28,360 nt of DNA. Origin: Bugula neritina. Lineage: Eukaryota; Animalia; Bryozoa. Position 1 is the first letter of the stretch. The number at the start of each line of letters is the position of its first letter. The notes under the pieces were generated by a model. The model ran no database searches and had not been told where the DNA came from. It saw only the letters and a program-made list of their open reading frames with translations. Both the position numbers and the translations under genes were made by a program. Location of the stretch: the NCBI GenBank assembly GCA_964035545.1, contig CAXIUT010000123.1:1-28360 (forward strand), given 5' to 3'. Shown in pieces: positions 12,501 through 25,169 of the stretch.

Positions 12501-13116
12501 ATCCTGGATTTATCTACTAATAGCTTGAAAAGGAATATCTTCATCTGTTGTTATCTGTAGTCTCTTCTGAAAAGACTAATAATTGAAACCAGAGCACTTG
12601 ATCAAATCTATGAACTGTTATCTGGTGAAAAGAGGTTCTTTATTTTAGATGGGCTTCTCTAAAAATTACTAGCTGACCGTTGCAAAATGATTTAATTCCA
12701 GTTGGTTTAAATTTTGTACATCAATATCATTTTTGAATATCTAGAAAAACACCTTGAATAGAGTAGTAGGTTAACATTTTGTTATGATGGCATATTTCAT
12801 CATAAACCTACGGAATTTTAAATTATCTTTGCGATGATCATTGAAAAACTCAAAAAGTCTCCCCAACATTTCCTACATACCTTCAATCGTACCTCGCTCA
12901 TCTTAGAAACTGAAAATAACCTTTTGAAATTCATACTATCCATCTACTTGGTCTACTTGTGGGAGAATGCTTGAAACTTCTCTTTGATTTTAGTTAGAAC
13001 AATGGCAGGGAACTTGTCTATGTACGAATTAACCGTTTCGGGAGGTAAGGGAAGAACTAGCTAGTATAAAAGTTACTTCTACGCTGTTCAACTGAACCAA
13101 ACGAACTACAACCCAT
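9538..13116 (-). CDS. Ubiquitin-specific protease (peptidase C19) with N-terminal MGC acylation motif, EF-hand-like region and DUSP domain (USP32-like architecture); several indel errors
   Basis: Cys box [48 protein letters not shown], His box [38 protein letters not shown]-like [12 protein letters not shown]. Starts MGCSSFGS. Introns 13057-13076, 12873-12892 and 12413-12432. Confidence 0.9.
12413..12432 (-). other. 20-nt spliceosomal intron
   Basis: gtatttgatgattgatgtag; removal gives WYNRWSFYYQ. Confidence 0.8.
12873..12892 (-). other. 20-nt spliceosomal intron
   Basis: gtacgattgaaggtatgtag; removal gives [15 protein letters not shown] (EF-hand-like entry helix). Confidence 0.82.
13057..13076 (-). 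other. 20-nt spliceosomal intron
   Basis: gtaacttttatactagctag; removal links the MGC exon to the long downstream frame. Confidence 0.8.
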
Positions 13117-13189
13117 ACTTTATAATTTAACTATCACAATTCATTAGTTGTTAAATAATAAAGATCGACAAAAATGAAAATGAAAATGA

Positions 13190-14830
13190 TCATATTTTTC
13201 TATTTTTCAAAGGAAAACGTTTCAACTCATCTTTTCCACAAAAGCTCATCTTCTCACTTTCTCCTTCACAATACCTCAGACAATTCAATTTCTTCTTCAT
13301 TGCAGTATCAATATCACTCTCATTGGGATCGACAGGAACGCATACTATCTAAGCAGATAAACCACTTGATACCACAAACATTTAGAATGAATTCTTTGAT
13401 CGATTGTTTGAAGCAACCATTCGAATACTAATATCATATATACTTGAAGAAAGTCTATTTTGAGATAATTTTTTGTTCTACATCCACACTATGATTCTAT
13501 CTTGCTTGTTTTTCTGTTGTTTTTCATTAAATAAAAAAGTTCCTATTACTCTTCAAGACTGATGCATTCATTTTAGGTATCTCCAAGCTTCAAAGACTTG
13601 CTTTTCTTCATATTGCCCTTTAAATGTTTAAAATGATCGGTTTCGATGGTTTAAAAGTTGATTGTCCTTTCTTCTTCTTGCCCAGGAGTATTTATTTATG
13701 TTTGTGGAGTATCAAGTATCTTTCCAAAGCCAATATTTTGCTCCTGACTCTGCTTTAGCTGTTTTTCTATCATCCTTCTATTTTCAGAGACAGGATAGTT
13801 GCCAAACATTCCCTGTGATTGCTTCATTGAATTCTTCATGTCATTTATTTTAAGGGCATGTTCTAGTTAAATTTTCTATCTACCCTTTCCACCGAGTTAT
13901 TTTTTGTTAATACTTTATCTTTCAGAGATAATACTGCTTCTAAAAGAAGATCTATTTTGATCAAAATTAAAAGAAGGAGTATCAGCATCAGGTTCAATAA
14001 CCAGACTATCTCGAATCGATCCCATATCAATGGATCTACTCTCATATTTAGATCCTCTCTCTACAGTGATTTTAGTATCGATAGAAGTCTTTGAAACTAT
14101 TTTATTTCCAGAGTCGATTTATATCTTTTCAGAACAAAACCCAAATAAGATATCCTAATTTTATAGAAAAGACAAAAAAATATCATCTTCATAAAACAAA
14201 AAGAAAGATCCTTCCATTTTTATATTCAAATCAAAATAATCAATTAGTAACTTAAAGGTCTAAGCAGTTGATAACTTAGTTAGATAGCTGTCAGCATCTT
14301 TAATTTAAAACTAATGAGCAATTTTCTCAACATAATTGGCATTATTTCCAATAAAATAGGATATTTGTTGAGTTTAACATCGACTTTCCTGTCAGAAGAA
14401 TAAGTCAACTCGAATAAAAATTATACCAATATCTTTCTCATCTCTTCATTTGAATAGTTCATTTGCCTCAAGACCCTAGGTATGTTTAATATCGAAGTTG
14501 TCAAGAGAAGGACTGTACATTGTTGATTTTAAGATGTAAAGAAACATCTTATTTTATCTACTTTTTAAATATGCTTGTGAGAAGAGCCAACTAAAGCCCA
14601 AGAGATTGGCATTTGAACTATTCTTTATTGAGCTAGCTCTTTTGAAAGTGGTTTTTCTGAGTTCAGGAAGGTCTTTTGAGTTTGAATACCCAAAAAAAGA
14701 GAATTAGCAAGACCTATTAGAAAGCTGACTCAGAGATATTCCTTCGATTTATAAAGAGATAGCTATATTTCCTTGATTTCCTGAGTGGTCAATGAAAACA
14801 TACGAATACCTTATTTTTATTTATTATCAT
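13190..14830 (-). CDS. Hypothetical protein (about 540 aa); start approximate, frameshifted by apparent errors
   Basis: Long TGA-free stretches in successive frames (IRYSYVFIDHSGNQGNIAISL...VCVPVDPNESDIDTAMKKKLNCLRYC...FPLKNRKI*). No family recognised. Confidence 0.6.
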
Positions 14831-14922
14831 CAACTCTATCTAACTCTCACAGATAATCAATCTATCATTAATAAATATTTCACACTTATAAATAAATGTG
14901 ATTCGATGAGCTAATAAGATAA

Positions 14923-14991
14923 GGGGTTGGGGTTGGGGTTGGGGTTGGGGTTGGGGTTGGGGTTGGGGTTGGGGTTGGGGTTGGGGTTGGG
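14923..14991 (+). repeat. Right telomere of piece 2, (GGGGTT)11GGG, internal in the window
   Basis: 69-nt perfect G4T2 array, followed directly by coding sequence. Confidence 0.98.
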
Positions 14992-17900
14992 CAGTCAGCA
15001 CCTTTACCTTCATCTACCCCTCTGTCACTCCTGATTCTCTGACTATCAACACTCTCACCACCTACTCTTTCTTCGCCATGCGTAACTTCGACTCGAACCT
15101 TAATCCCACCGCCTACAATACATAACTAGTCCCAGCCGGCTCTTCCATCACCATTGACTTCCCCTCTCAATATGTCTTCACAACATAAATTCCAGCAGTA
15201 TCATCACTAGCCATTTGACGATGTGCCAATAGCAGGTTACAGCTCAAATCTCAACTAAAAATCTCTCGTCATCACTGGTGCAATTCTGACTGATTCCCCT
15301 ATAGCAAACATATCTATCACTGTTGAAAACATCCTTAACCCATATCCAGCTACTACCACAGATGCTTTTATCATTACAATCGGAGTAGATCAGTCAGTTA
15401 GTTCAAGTAGCTCAGCTCTATCAATTACTCCTGGAACTTTTACTTCATGTGGTGTCACTTTTGATCCATCCAAAAACAGTTAATACTACAGGAGCAATGG
15501 TCGTATCACTAACTCCAGCCAATAAAATACTTACCAATGGGCAAAATTAAAATCACTTTTCCATCAAGTCTGCAATGGTAGCAAGATATATCTACTTCTA
15601 ATAGTATTTCCCCATTGGCTCTGTCCTCACTTGCTCAGTTTTATCAGGAGATGCTACTTCCGGAACATGTCAAGGATAAACCTCAACTGCCTCCATTACT
15701 TTCACTATTACAGCCATGACTGCTCCAGAACTTACCAATGCCTTTTCCTTCTCTATCAGCTAACTCTTTTCTCCACCATCAACTTCACCTCCAGATACTC
15801 TTACCATCAACTCCTTCACTGACTCCGACTAACAAATAGATTCATGTACTTCATCTATTACAGGCCTCACTCCTCAATCCTTGTCTTTTGTACTATCATC
15901 AACTTCATCTCCTCTTTATATCAATAGTGGCACCTCATTGAGTCTTACTTTCACCTTAACTGACACAATCTAGAAGACTGACTACTTTCAACTGACTTTC
16001 CCTCCAGGGACTTCCTTCATGTATATCGCAATTGCTACCGTAAATCTCAATATCTTCTCTTCTTCAGTTACTTATACCTCAAGCAATTTAACCTTGACAA
16101 TGAGACAATCGGTATCAAGTCCTACCAGATATGCAGGGACAGAATGTAAGATAACTCTTGGTAGATATGTTGCACCTCCTAGCACTTAACCAGTTTCTCC
16201 CTTCGTTTTATCAGTTAAAAACGAGCAAGATGGTCTCAAAATGAGAGGGACATCTTCTCTTACCGCAGTAGCTAAAGTATATACTCTATAAGTTTCTGCC
16301 TCCGATTTCATCATAAACAAAAACGCCTAATATACATTTACTTTAGCCACCCAAGACACCATCCTTAGCAATGCATTTCTATAACTCACTTTTCCTTCAG
16401 AATTGACTCCTAATATCATTCCTAACTGCATCACCAATCATAATTTCTCAGCAAGCACTCCAGACTGTATCCTCACCACAAACACTGTTCGAATATCTGG
16501 TCTTAGTTCTTCTGATATCACAGCAGGTAAATACTCCTTTACAGTCACTTCCATCACCAATGCAGACAGAGCTCTCACAACTTCCAACTTTTCTTTAATA
16601 GTATACTACACAGCGACAACACTATAGGACAAGTCGCAACAAGTAACGTCAATGGAGTTACCATGCTACCCAATCAACTCAATAGCATATCAACAGTTCT
16701 CTCCTCCTACTCAGTTGCAGATTCACCAATCACCATGGAAGTCATTTTCGCTGCTTAAAATGCAGTTGCTGCAAAATGGATATATAACAGTCAAGATTCC
16801 ATCTTAAATTACTTTTATCGATAGTTATGTTCCCCAATGTTCAATTAAGATCGGATCTACTGCTAGTTCTTCTTCTTGCACTGTTGATACCTCTACGTTC
16901 AAAGTTTCTCTTGGTGCTCTTTCGATTGCAGCTACCTAGGCAGTGTCGATAACTCTTTCTAGTTTTGGAATTAATCCAAGTAGTGCTTAGCCTACAAACT
17001 TTGTTGAATTATAAACATTTACTTCAGATAACTATATGATAGATTACTCTAATGATACCCATAAAATAACATAGTTTGTACCAATTGCCTTTAACTCGCT
17101 AACTATCACTCCTGACAACCTTACTAATAGTGCTACTACCACCTATATTCTCGCCTTCACTCAAACCAATCAATGGCTTGACAACTCTTATGCTCTTATT
17201 GACCTTCCCTCAACTATCAACTCATAAAGTGCACTATCATGTCTTGATACCACCAACAACCAAGTGTTGACTTGCACTCTCACAAACTCACAAATCAATC
17301 TCCAAATACCCAATAGTAGTCCAACTGCAAGTATATCTATTAGTTCTCTTACCAACCCAGATTCATTTCGACCTACTGATTCGTTTACTATTACTACTTA
17401 TTCCCCTCTAAACTATCCATATGCTACTGATAATAGTTCTATGATAGTTACGACCAATGTAAACTCAAATTTTCCATCTTTTAGTTCAGAGTTCAGTAGT
17501 AAGCTATACAACACCTCCACTAACCTCACCATGTCTCTCACAAATATAGTCAACAACACTAATATTTATACTATCTCTTCCTTCTCACAATTTGCGAATC
17601 AGACCTTATTTACCTGTAACTCTCCATAACTACCAATCGACTGTATACTTAACGCAGATACTCTAACTATTACTCCCACCACTCCCCACTGACCTCTTCC
17701 CAGTAAACATCACCATCAATATCTTAAATCTCTTCATTCCTCTGGCAAGTACTCTACCCATGGTATTCTCTTCTTTCTAAGAAACTTACCTCATTAGTAA
17801 AAACAATATCATATGGGGAACAGTCTGTACGTTGCCTTGCTTTACCTGCTAAGAGTCGACACCTACAGTTTGTCTTTCTTGTTTTCCAGACACTCTCTTC

Positions 17901-20900
17901 ACTTAAAAAATACTATTTTACAATCAGAACTGTGTCAGTAGTTTGCCCTTCTGGTACTTTTTCCCCGGCTGATACGTTAACTTGCTAGACATGTACCTAA
18001 CCTTGTGCTGAATGTGCTGTAGTAAATACTAACTGTAGTGAATGTTTACAAAGTAGCAGTACGACTTTCCTCAACACAGCTAGTAATGTTTGCATTTCCT
18101 CATGTCTTTAAGGATAGTTTTCCAAATAATGATACAAATATCACTCTATTCACTCCGATCTGTTAGACCTGTCCAAATGAATGCGCCACATGCACTTCAG
18201 CAACTATCTGGTCTCACTTGCTCTGCTTCCTTCTTTTTCTTTAACTAACAATGTCTTGTTAGCTGTCCCTAAAACATTACACTATAGCCAACACCATAAA
18301 CATGATTTGCTAGCCTTGTGACAATACTTGTATTGGCTGTGTTAATACCACTACTACCTGTCTAGCCTGCAATACTACTGTTGCTCCTCTCTTCATCTCT
18401 ACTACTTCTACATGCTCAACATAATGCCCTGAACCTTTGGTTCCAGATAACGATGTATGTGTCAGTTGCTAATCTCCTTGCTAAAATTGTTCTCTTATCA
18501 AAACTAATTGTACATCTTGCCTCTCTTCTACAAATACTTATTTATCAGCTATTACTCAAGGACTATGCACTAATACATGCTAGGAATTTTACTTTCCAAA
18601 CACTACATCCCAATAATGTCAAGCTTGCAGCTCAGTCCCTGATCTTAACTGCAATAACTGTTTCAATAGCACAAATTGCATCAGCTGTGACCTAGGATTC
18701 GTTTTTTTCCCAGATAATAGCTCCTGTCTAGTGACTGTCCCTAGTGGATATGTAAATATAACAGGAATAGCTAGGCCTTGTAATGTTAATTGTTCATAGT
18801 GCTTGGGCACGACTTAAAACTGCACATCTTGTAATCCTTTAACCAACACTTTTCTTTCAAGTGTTACAGAAGGGTTTTGCACAGATAAATGCGAGGAATT
18901 TTATTTTTAAAATACTACCTCCAGTAGTGCCAAGCCTGTAGTTCAGTTCCAGATCTTAACTGCAACAATTGTTTTAATAATACTGATTGCATTAGCTGTG
19001 ATTAAAATTTTGTTCTCTTCCAAGATAATAACTCTTGTCTAGCGACTGTCCCTAGTGGATATGTTAATATAACGGGGATAGCTAAACCTTGTAATGTTAA
19101 TTGCTCATTAGTGTTCAGGTACTACAGAGAACTGTACCTCTTGTAATCCTTTAACCAATACTTTTCTTTCAAGTGTTACTGAAGGCCTTTGTACTGACAC
19201 TTGTTAAGAGTTTTATTTTGCTAATTCAACTTCTCAGCTGTGTCAGGCATGCAACTCAGTTCCAGACCTTAACTGCAATAACTGTCTTAATGAAACTTAC
19301 TGCAAGATTTGTGACGAAGGATTTGTTTTTTTCCCAAATAATAGTTCTTGTCTTTCCACAGTTCCCAGTGGATACGTCAATATAACAGGGATAGCGACTC
19401 TTTGCCATATCAACTGCATTTAGTGCTTAGGGACAGTTGATAATTGTACTTCTTGCAAACCTTCAACAAATACTTTTCTTTCAAAAGTTACTCAAGGACT
19501 ATGTATAGATAAATGCTAGGAATTTTATTTTGCAAATACTACATCCCAATAATGTCAAGCTTGCAGTTCAGTCCCTGATCTTAACTGCAATAACTGTTTC
19601 AATAACACAAATTGCATCAGCTGTGACCTAGGATTCGTTTTCTTTCCAGATAATAGCTCCTGTCTAGCGACTGTTCCTAGTGGATATGTCAATATCACAG
19701 GAATAGCTAGGCCTTGTAATAGCAATTGCTCATAGTGCTTTGGGCACTACTTAAAACTGCACATCTTGTAATCCTTTAACCAATACATTCCTTTCTGTTG
19801 TTACAGAAGGACTTTGCACAGATCCATGTTAAGAGTTTTATTTTGCTAATTCGACTTCTCAGCTTTGTCAGGCATGCAACTCAGTTCCAGAACTTAACTG
19901 CAAGAACTGCCTTAACGAAACTTACTGCAAGACTTGTGACGAAGGATTCGTTTTCTTTCCAGATAATAGCTCCTGTCTAGCGACTGTTCCTAGTGGATAT
20001 GTCAATATAACAGGGATAGCGACTCCATGTAATAGCAATTGCTCATAGTGTTTGGGCGCTGTTGACAACTGCACCCTTTGTATTGATCCATTTTCATTGC
20101 ACGTCGTTCTCAATGGAGGATCATGTCTGTAAAACTGTCCAACAGGTTTCATATCTATCACTAACTTGTGCACATCATGTACTTCACCATGTTTAGACTG
20201 TGTAGGGCAACTTGATAATTGTTCTAGCTGTATTACTGGCAATCTACAGCAGAATAGTACTTCAGGTCTGGTTCAATGTCTTGATACTTGTCCTGATGGA
20301 ACCTTCGCCAATAGCATTTCAGCTAGTTGTTAGCCGTGCTTATCTCCGTGTTTGACTTGTTCAGGGACTTAATCTACCTGTCTTACTTGTTCAACTGGTT
20401 TTTCATTCAATTAAACCTGTCATATTACTTGTCCCTCCGGAACAATTGCTAACTAAACCTCAAAAGCATGTGAAAAGTTTTACTAGTCCTTGTCTAACTT
20501 GTTCTAGTCAAATCACAAACTGTACTTCTTGTGTTTCTACCTACTATTTCTTCTAATCCAATTTTAAATGCTATTTAACTTGTCCAACTGATATCTCAGT
20601 CTCAAACCCTGATACAAACCATTTTTTACATGTCTTCCTTGTGATGTTTCTTGTTTGACTTGTAGTGGAACTACTTCTAGTTGCACCTCATGTCACTAAA
20701 ATATCACTCTCTTTAATACTACTTGCCTTCCCTGTGACTCTTCATGTTTAACTTGTAGTGGCACTCCCTCTAGTTGCATATCCTGCCCCTAAGGTATCAC
20801 TCTCTTCAACACTACTTGCCTCCCTTGTGACTCTTCATGTTTAACTTGTAGTGTGACTCCTTCTAGTTGTACATCTTGCCCCTAAGGTATCACTCTTTTC

Positions 20901-23900
20901 AACACTACCTGTCTTCCTTGTGATTCTTCCTGTTTAACTTGTAGTGTTACTCCCTCTAACTGTATATCCTGCCCACAAAATATCATTCTTTTCAACTCTA
21001 CTTGTATTTCTTCTTGTCCTTCTGGGTACTTTCTTTTATCAGAAAATTGTTAAATCTGCACTGATAACTGCTTCACCTGTTAAAGTAATTCATCAAACTG
21101 TTTGTCTTGTACAGGAGTCTACTATCTCTACCAGGCAAGTTGCATAACTACCTGCCCTGAAGGTTTTGAGTTTATAGTTAATAATGAGTGCACTGTCTGC
21201 TCTAATGGATGTCTTTCTTGTTCAGAATCTAATAATTGTAGTAAATGTCCCTCAACTTCAGCTCTTTATTTGGGCGATTGCTACACGACTTGTCCATCTG
21301 GTCTTGTTCTTTAAACCAATAGCACCAGTGGATAACTAAATTGTGTTCCATAAGATCAAACAACCAACTAGCTGAAACAATCTCTTTCATCTTCGTCAAT
21401 ATTGCCTTTTCCCTTTACCATTGCTACTACTTTCATCTTCCTCTGCTGCCTTATGTCTAAACTGCAACATTCTAAAACCTACCTGGTAGGAATCGCTTAT
21501 AGCCTCTACGGATGCGCCTAAACTGGAGCTCTTATATCCTTCTTGCCATCTACATATCAACTATTCAAGCTAATTCAAGTAAAGATTAATTTCAAGTAAT
21601 AATTTACTCCTTTGGATCTGTCTAGCCATAATTTTGGCTCTCAATTTCATTTTTCTCTAGTTATGATTACTCCTTGTATCTGTTCAGATCCATAGTTCAA
21701 CAACTGGCTCAACCACCGACCTAGAGGTAGTCCTCCGAAAGATTAATAACTGACTGGATAGGATGAAAATGAGACTGGAAATAGTTAAAATGAATCAAAA
21801 GCTGATTGTTGTTCCCATGCTTGTAGTTTTGCTATCTTCAGTATTCTTTCATTGATCATTTCTTTCAAGTTAAAAATCCTAATTTTCACTAGGCTATTCA
21901 AATTCAGTAACTTTTCAGCCTAACTCTCAAACATCCAAGCCTTTAAAATATTCAATTTCATGTCTTTACTAGGAATCTCTCTACTAAGGACTCTATATCT
22001 ACATAGCTATAGCTATATTTTCCTTTTATACCATAGGTTCAGACAAGCAGGTTATGTTTGCAACTATCGATTGTCTAATGGTAGTCCTTATCAGCTTCAT
22101 TCTTGCTTTTGTCTCTATTTCAAAGGATCAAAATTTTTTTAAGCCAAAAAAAGACAGAAGAGTAAGAAACAGTCACCACCCTCGACCTCCTACAAATAGA
22201 ATAGATTTAGGTATCAGAAGGACTTAAGAGACAGATCCTAAAAATATGAAGATAGATTTAGCCAGATAGGCAGGCATGAATAGTCGAGATAAGCTAATTG
22301 ATATAAACTAATCGTATTCTCATATAGGAGACGAAATCTAAGAAGTATTAGTTAATCATAACATTGCTTCTAAAATGAATCCTCATCGAGTGACCAATTC
22401 CTGGGTCGAACGCAAAGACAAAAATATATTTGACCTTGAATAACAAGATGAAGACTCATATTTGCCCTTTGATGCCAGATATCCAGTATCAGCTAGATAA
22501 AGAATCGACCTTTACCATACCAGCATTCATCCAAATGTCCTCAAATCCTTTTTATAATCGTAATTAGATTCAACCTAAAAGAAATAGTCTTTACCTTCTA
22601 AAACAAAAAGTAAATAATCAGATCTAGTAGCCGAGCCAATCCTAAAATATAAATATATTTAATGCATAAGATCTAAATAAGACAATAGAATAGGGACATA
22701 TTTTATCATCAAATAAATAACAGTCTTTTTAGTCGGTTCTTCCTTTTATCCACTAGAATAGTATGCTTAAAGACAAGCAACCAAAAGAATAACCAGTCAA
22801 TAAAACATCATAACTTCAAAAAATATTATAAATGAGTTAGATTTTATAAATACCTTCATAAATGAAAAAAATAACCTAAAATAGGACTAGCCTCAGTCCA
22901 AATCAATCAAATCATATCCCCAAGTAAAGAACTAAATGAAGATATGAACAAGAGTAAAAGCAAAAGATAACTTACTTCTAGTCAAGTGAATTAAAAAGTA
23001 TAACGCTATCATAGATCAAAAATAACCTAAAACTGTCACCCATGTAGCCAAAACATTCAGTAGAACCCACATAATTCCAGGATAAAATCTAGATTAAATT
23101 GAAGAAGTCTAGTAAGTCGATCTTTTACAAAAAAAATAAACAGAACTTAATCAAATAAAAATCACTACAAAAATAAAAAGAATCATAAAAAAATATTGCA
23201 TCGCAAAATAAAAATAAAAATAAAAATAAAAATAAAAGATCTAAAGACAGCCATCTTTAATATCTACTTATTGCTAAACAATAAAAAGATAAATAAATAC
23301 AAGAATAAAATAAATAGATACATGAATAAAATAAATAAATATAAGAATAATCTAGAATACATTCATCACTTTAACCTGTTGAACTAGGTCCTTCATCGAA
23401 AAAAGAAACATAACCTGAACCATCTTAAGAACCATAGCCTTTAGTAGTAGTTTAGAAGTAAGAGGTAAGATAAAGTTCTTCTAGTGAATAATAATAAGAA
23501 TAGATTCCAAAAATAACAACTCATTAAGTAATAAACTCAAACAAACAACTTTATTTAAGAATCTTCTTAGCATCACACTTCAGAAGAGAGTAGCTAGTCC
23601 TAATAGCTGCCTTCTTAGATAAAAGAAACCGTTCAATAAAGCGAATAATAATAAAATCTATAACTATCAATAGTAATAAGTATCAAAGAGTTATTAGTAA
23701 GAATAGATATCACAGAAAGGATAAAAATAAAATATTATATAAATCAGAATATTAACTTGACCATTCATATCACGAACAATCCTCATAACATTCATCAAAA
23801 ATATAAAAAAATATTCCTTAATAAAAAAGCATAAATAAAAAAACAACCCAAATTTATCATAGAACATTAATAAGATAGTTTAACTGAATAATAATATAAT

Positions 23901-25093
23901 CCCAATGATTTCACAGTCAACAAAAGAAATAAAATACTATAATCTCAAGAAGAATCAATGGTATCTCCTAATTTATCATCTTTTAAACTCAAAAAAACCA
24001 TCAAACACAAATAAAATACCAGAATCATCACAAATTACCTAATAATAATATCACTCTCCATTTATTTTTTAGTAAAAAATCAAAATAAACCCAAGTAAAC
24101 TCCTCAAGATTAAGAATCAAAAATACATTAAAAAGTCAAAAAATATCAATATAACCCTCATACTCATCAAGGGTATCATCAATAATCTAAAGGGATAAAT
24201 CAGTAGTCTAAAGGGATACAGTAGTCTAGAGGGTATAATCAGTAGTCTAGAGGGCATAATCAGTAGTCTAGAGGGCCTAATTTATAATCTAGAGGGAGAT
24301 CACATCAGTAGGTGAAAGATCTGTTGAATAAAGTTCAGAGAAGATCAAGGTAAAAGAAGAAATTACCAAAATAATAGAAAGATGAAAGGTTGTTAATAAA
24401 GTTAAATAGATAGCAAATAGTTAACTCTAGAGATAGATAAAATACCAATTTAGCAAGAAGATCAGTGGATAGATAAAATAGCAACTTAGCAAGAAAGTCA
24501 ATGGATAAAAATAAGCCTATTAGTAACTTTATCCTCAAACAAGAATAAAAAAGATTATAGTGAAGAAGATTAATATCCTCAAAATAACAGACAAGCAGTT
24601 ATGTCAAAGCATTCTACTGCAAATTATCTGCCAAAAAACAAGCCTGAAAAATCAAGTCGAGTAAATTAGAAAAAACCGAAATCAAACCTAGACCTCATTA
24701 AAAAAACTAAACCTCTCTATCAATAAAAAAAATAAATACCTTAAATAGCACTATAATTTCCTCCTCAGTAAAAACCCCGTGAAGTAAGATAGTTCAACTT
24801 TGGAGACGAGATGAGTTCCCAAGTATCAAACAACTTTAACTCATAGACAGAACTAGTCAAATGGAAAGAACATTTTGTGAGATAAAATTATTCTCCAACT
24901 AAAAAACCATCCTTAGAATAATATACCTGAACTACCAAACATCAATAGACTCAGACCTCTAGACTAGTCTCAAGATGAAGACGAGGATGAAGAAGAATAT
25001 ATAAGAAAGCCTAGATTAGAGAATAGAAATAAGTCTAAACATCGAAAGCATCCGAGAAAAAAGAAAAGTGAGCTATAAAAGATCTACGGGTGA
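14992..25093 (+). CDS. Giant surface/membrane protein (>3300 aa, 5' truncated): S/T-rich beta-type ectodomain, furin-like Cys-rich repeats, multi-pass membrane domain, long low-complexity cytoplasmic tail
   Basis: About 15.0-17.8 kb: repeated ITFP/NP(S)..TxxF modules. About 17.8-21.35 kb: CxxCxxxCxxC repeats. About 21.4-22.12 kb: several hydrophobic helices (ILPFPFTIATTFIFLCCLMSK...MFATIDCLMVVLISFILAFVSI). The tail ends ..KKKSELEKIYG*. Continuity across many 1-nt indels is inferred, and the tail could be a separate gene. Confidence 0.75.
18530..20090 (+). repeat. 5 x 312-nt (104-aa) Cys-rich coding tandem repeat
   Basis: Units start at 18530, 18842, 19154, 19466 and 19779 (TNTFLS.VTEG.C...CEEFYF.N.TSQ.CQAC.SVPDLNCNNC...TVPSGYVNITGIA.PC). 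Confidence 0.95.
20631..21002 (+). repeat. 4 x 93-nt (31-aa) Cys-rich coding tandem repeat
   Basis: Units at 20631, 20724, 20817 and 20910: CLPCDSSCLTCSGTPSSCTSCPEGITLFNTT. Confidence 0.95.
24171..24296 (+). repeat. About 6 x 21-nt coding repeat (GxNQESR)
   Basis: Recurrent AATCAGTAGTCTAGAGGG(T/C)AT. Confidence 0.85.
24432..24503 (+). repeat. 2 x 36-nt coding repeat (DREN.NLAR.S.)
   Basis: GATAGATAAAATACCAATTTAGCAAGAAGATCAGTG / GATAGATAAAATAGCAACTTAGCAAGAAAGTCAATG. Confidence 0.8.
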
Positions 25094-25169
25094 TCGATAA
25101 TAAATTATATCATGGATAGCATCTTGATTATAAAATTATTCTAATATTCTATTTAAAGAATAACTAACA

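Noticed and set aside
12658-12677. Possible 20-nt intron gtcagctagtaattttagag in the USP gene
   Set aside because: It lacks GTA and the A at -6, and one missing T in a homopolymer explains the frame change equally well.
3523-14991. Telomere-bearing transposon or other mobile element bounded by the two internal arrays
   Set aside because: The arrays are direct rather than inverted. No transposase, reverse transcriptase or target-site duplication is visible, the content is housekeeping genes, and the boundaries truncate genes.
14992-25093. Standard ciliate code (TAR=Gln) or Gln/Glu ambiguity, suggested by CAG-TAG runs, CP[TAA] versus CP[CAA] in the 93-nt repeat and Arp3 RL[TAA]R
   Set aside because: These are non-invariant positions or single transitions. 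The invariant positions checked and three repeat columns favour Glu.
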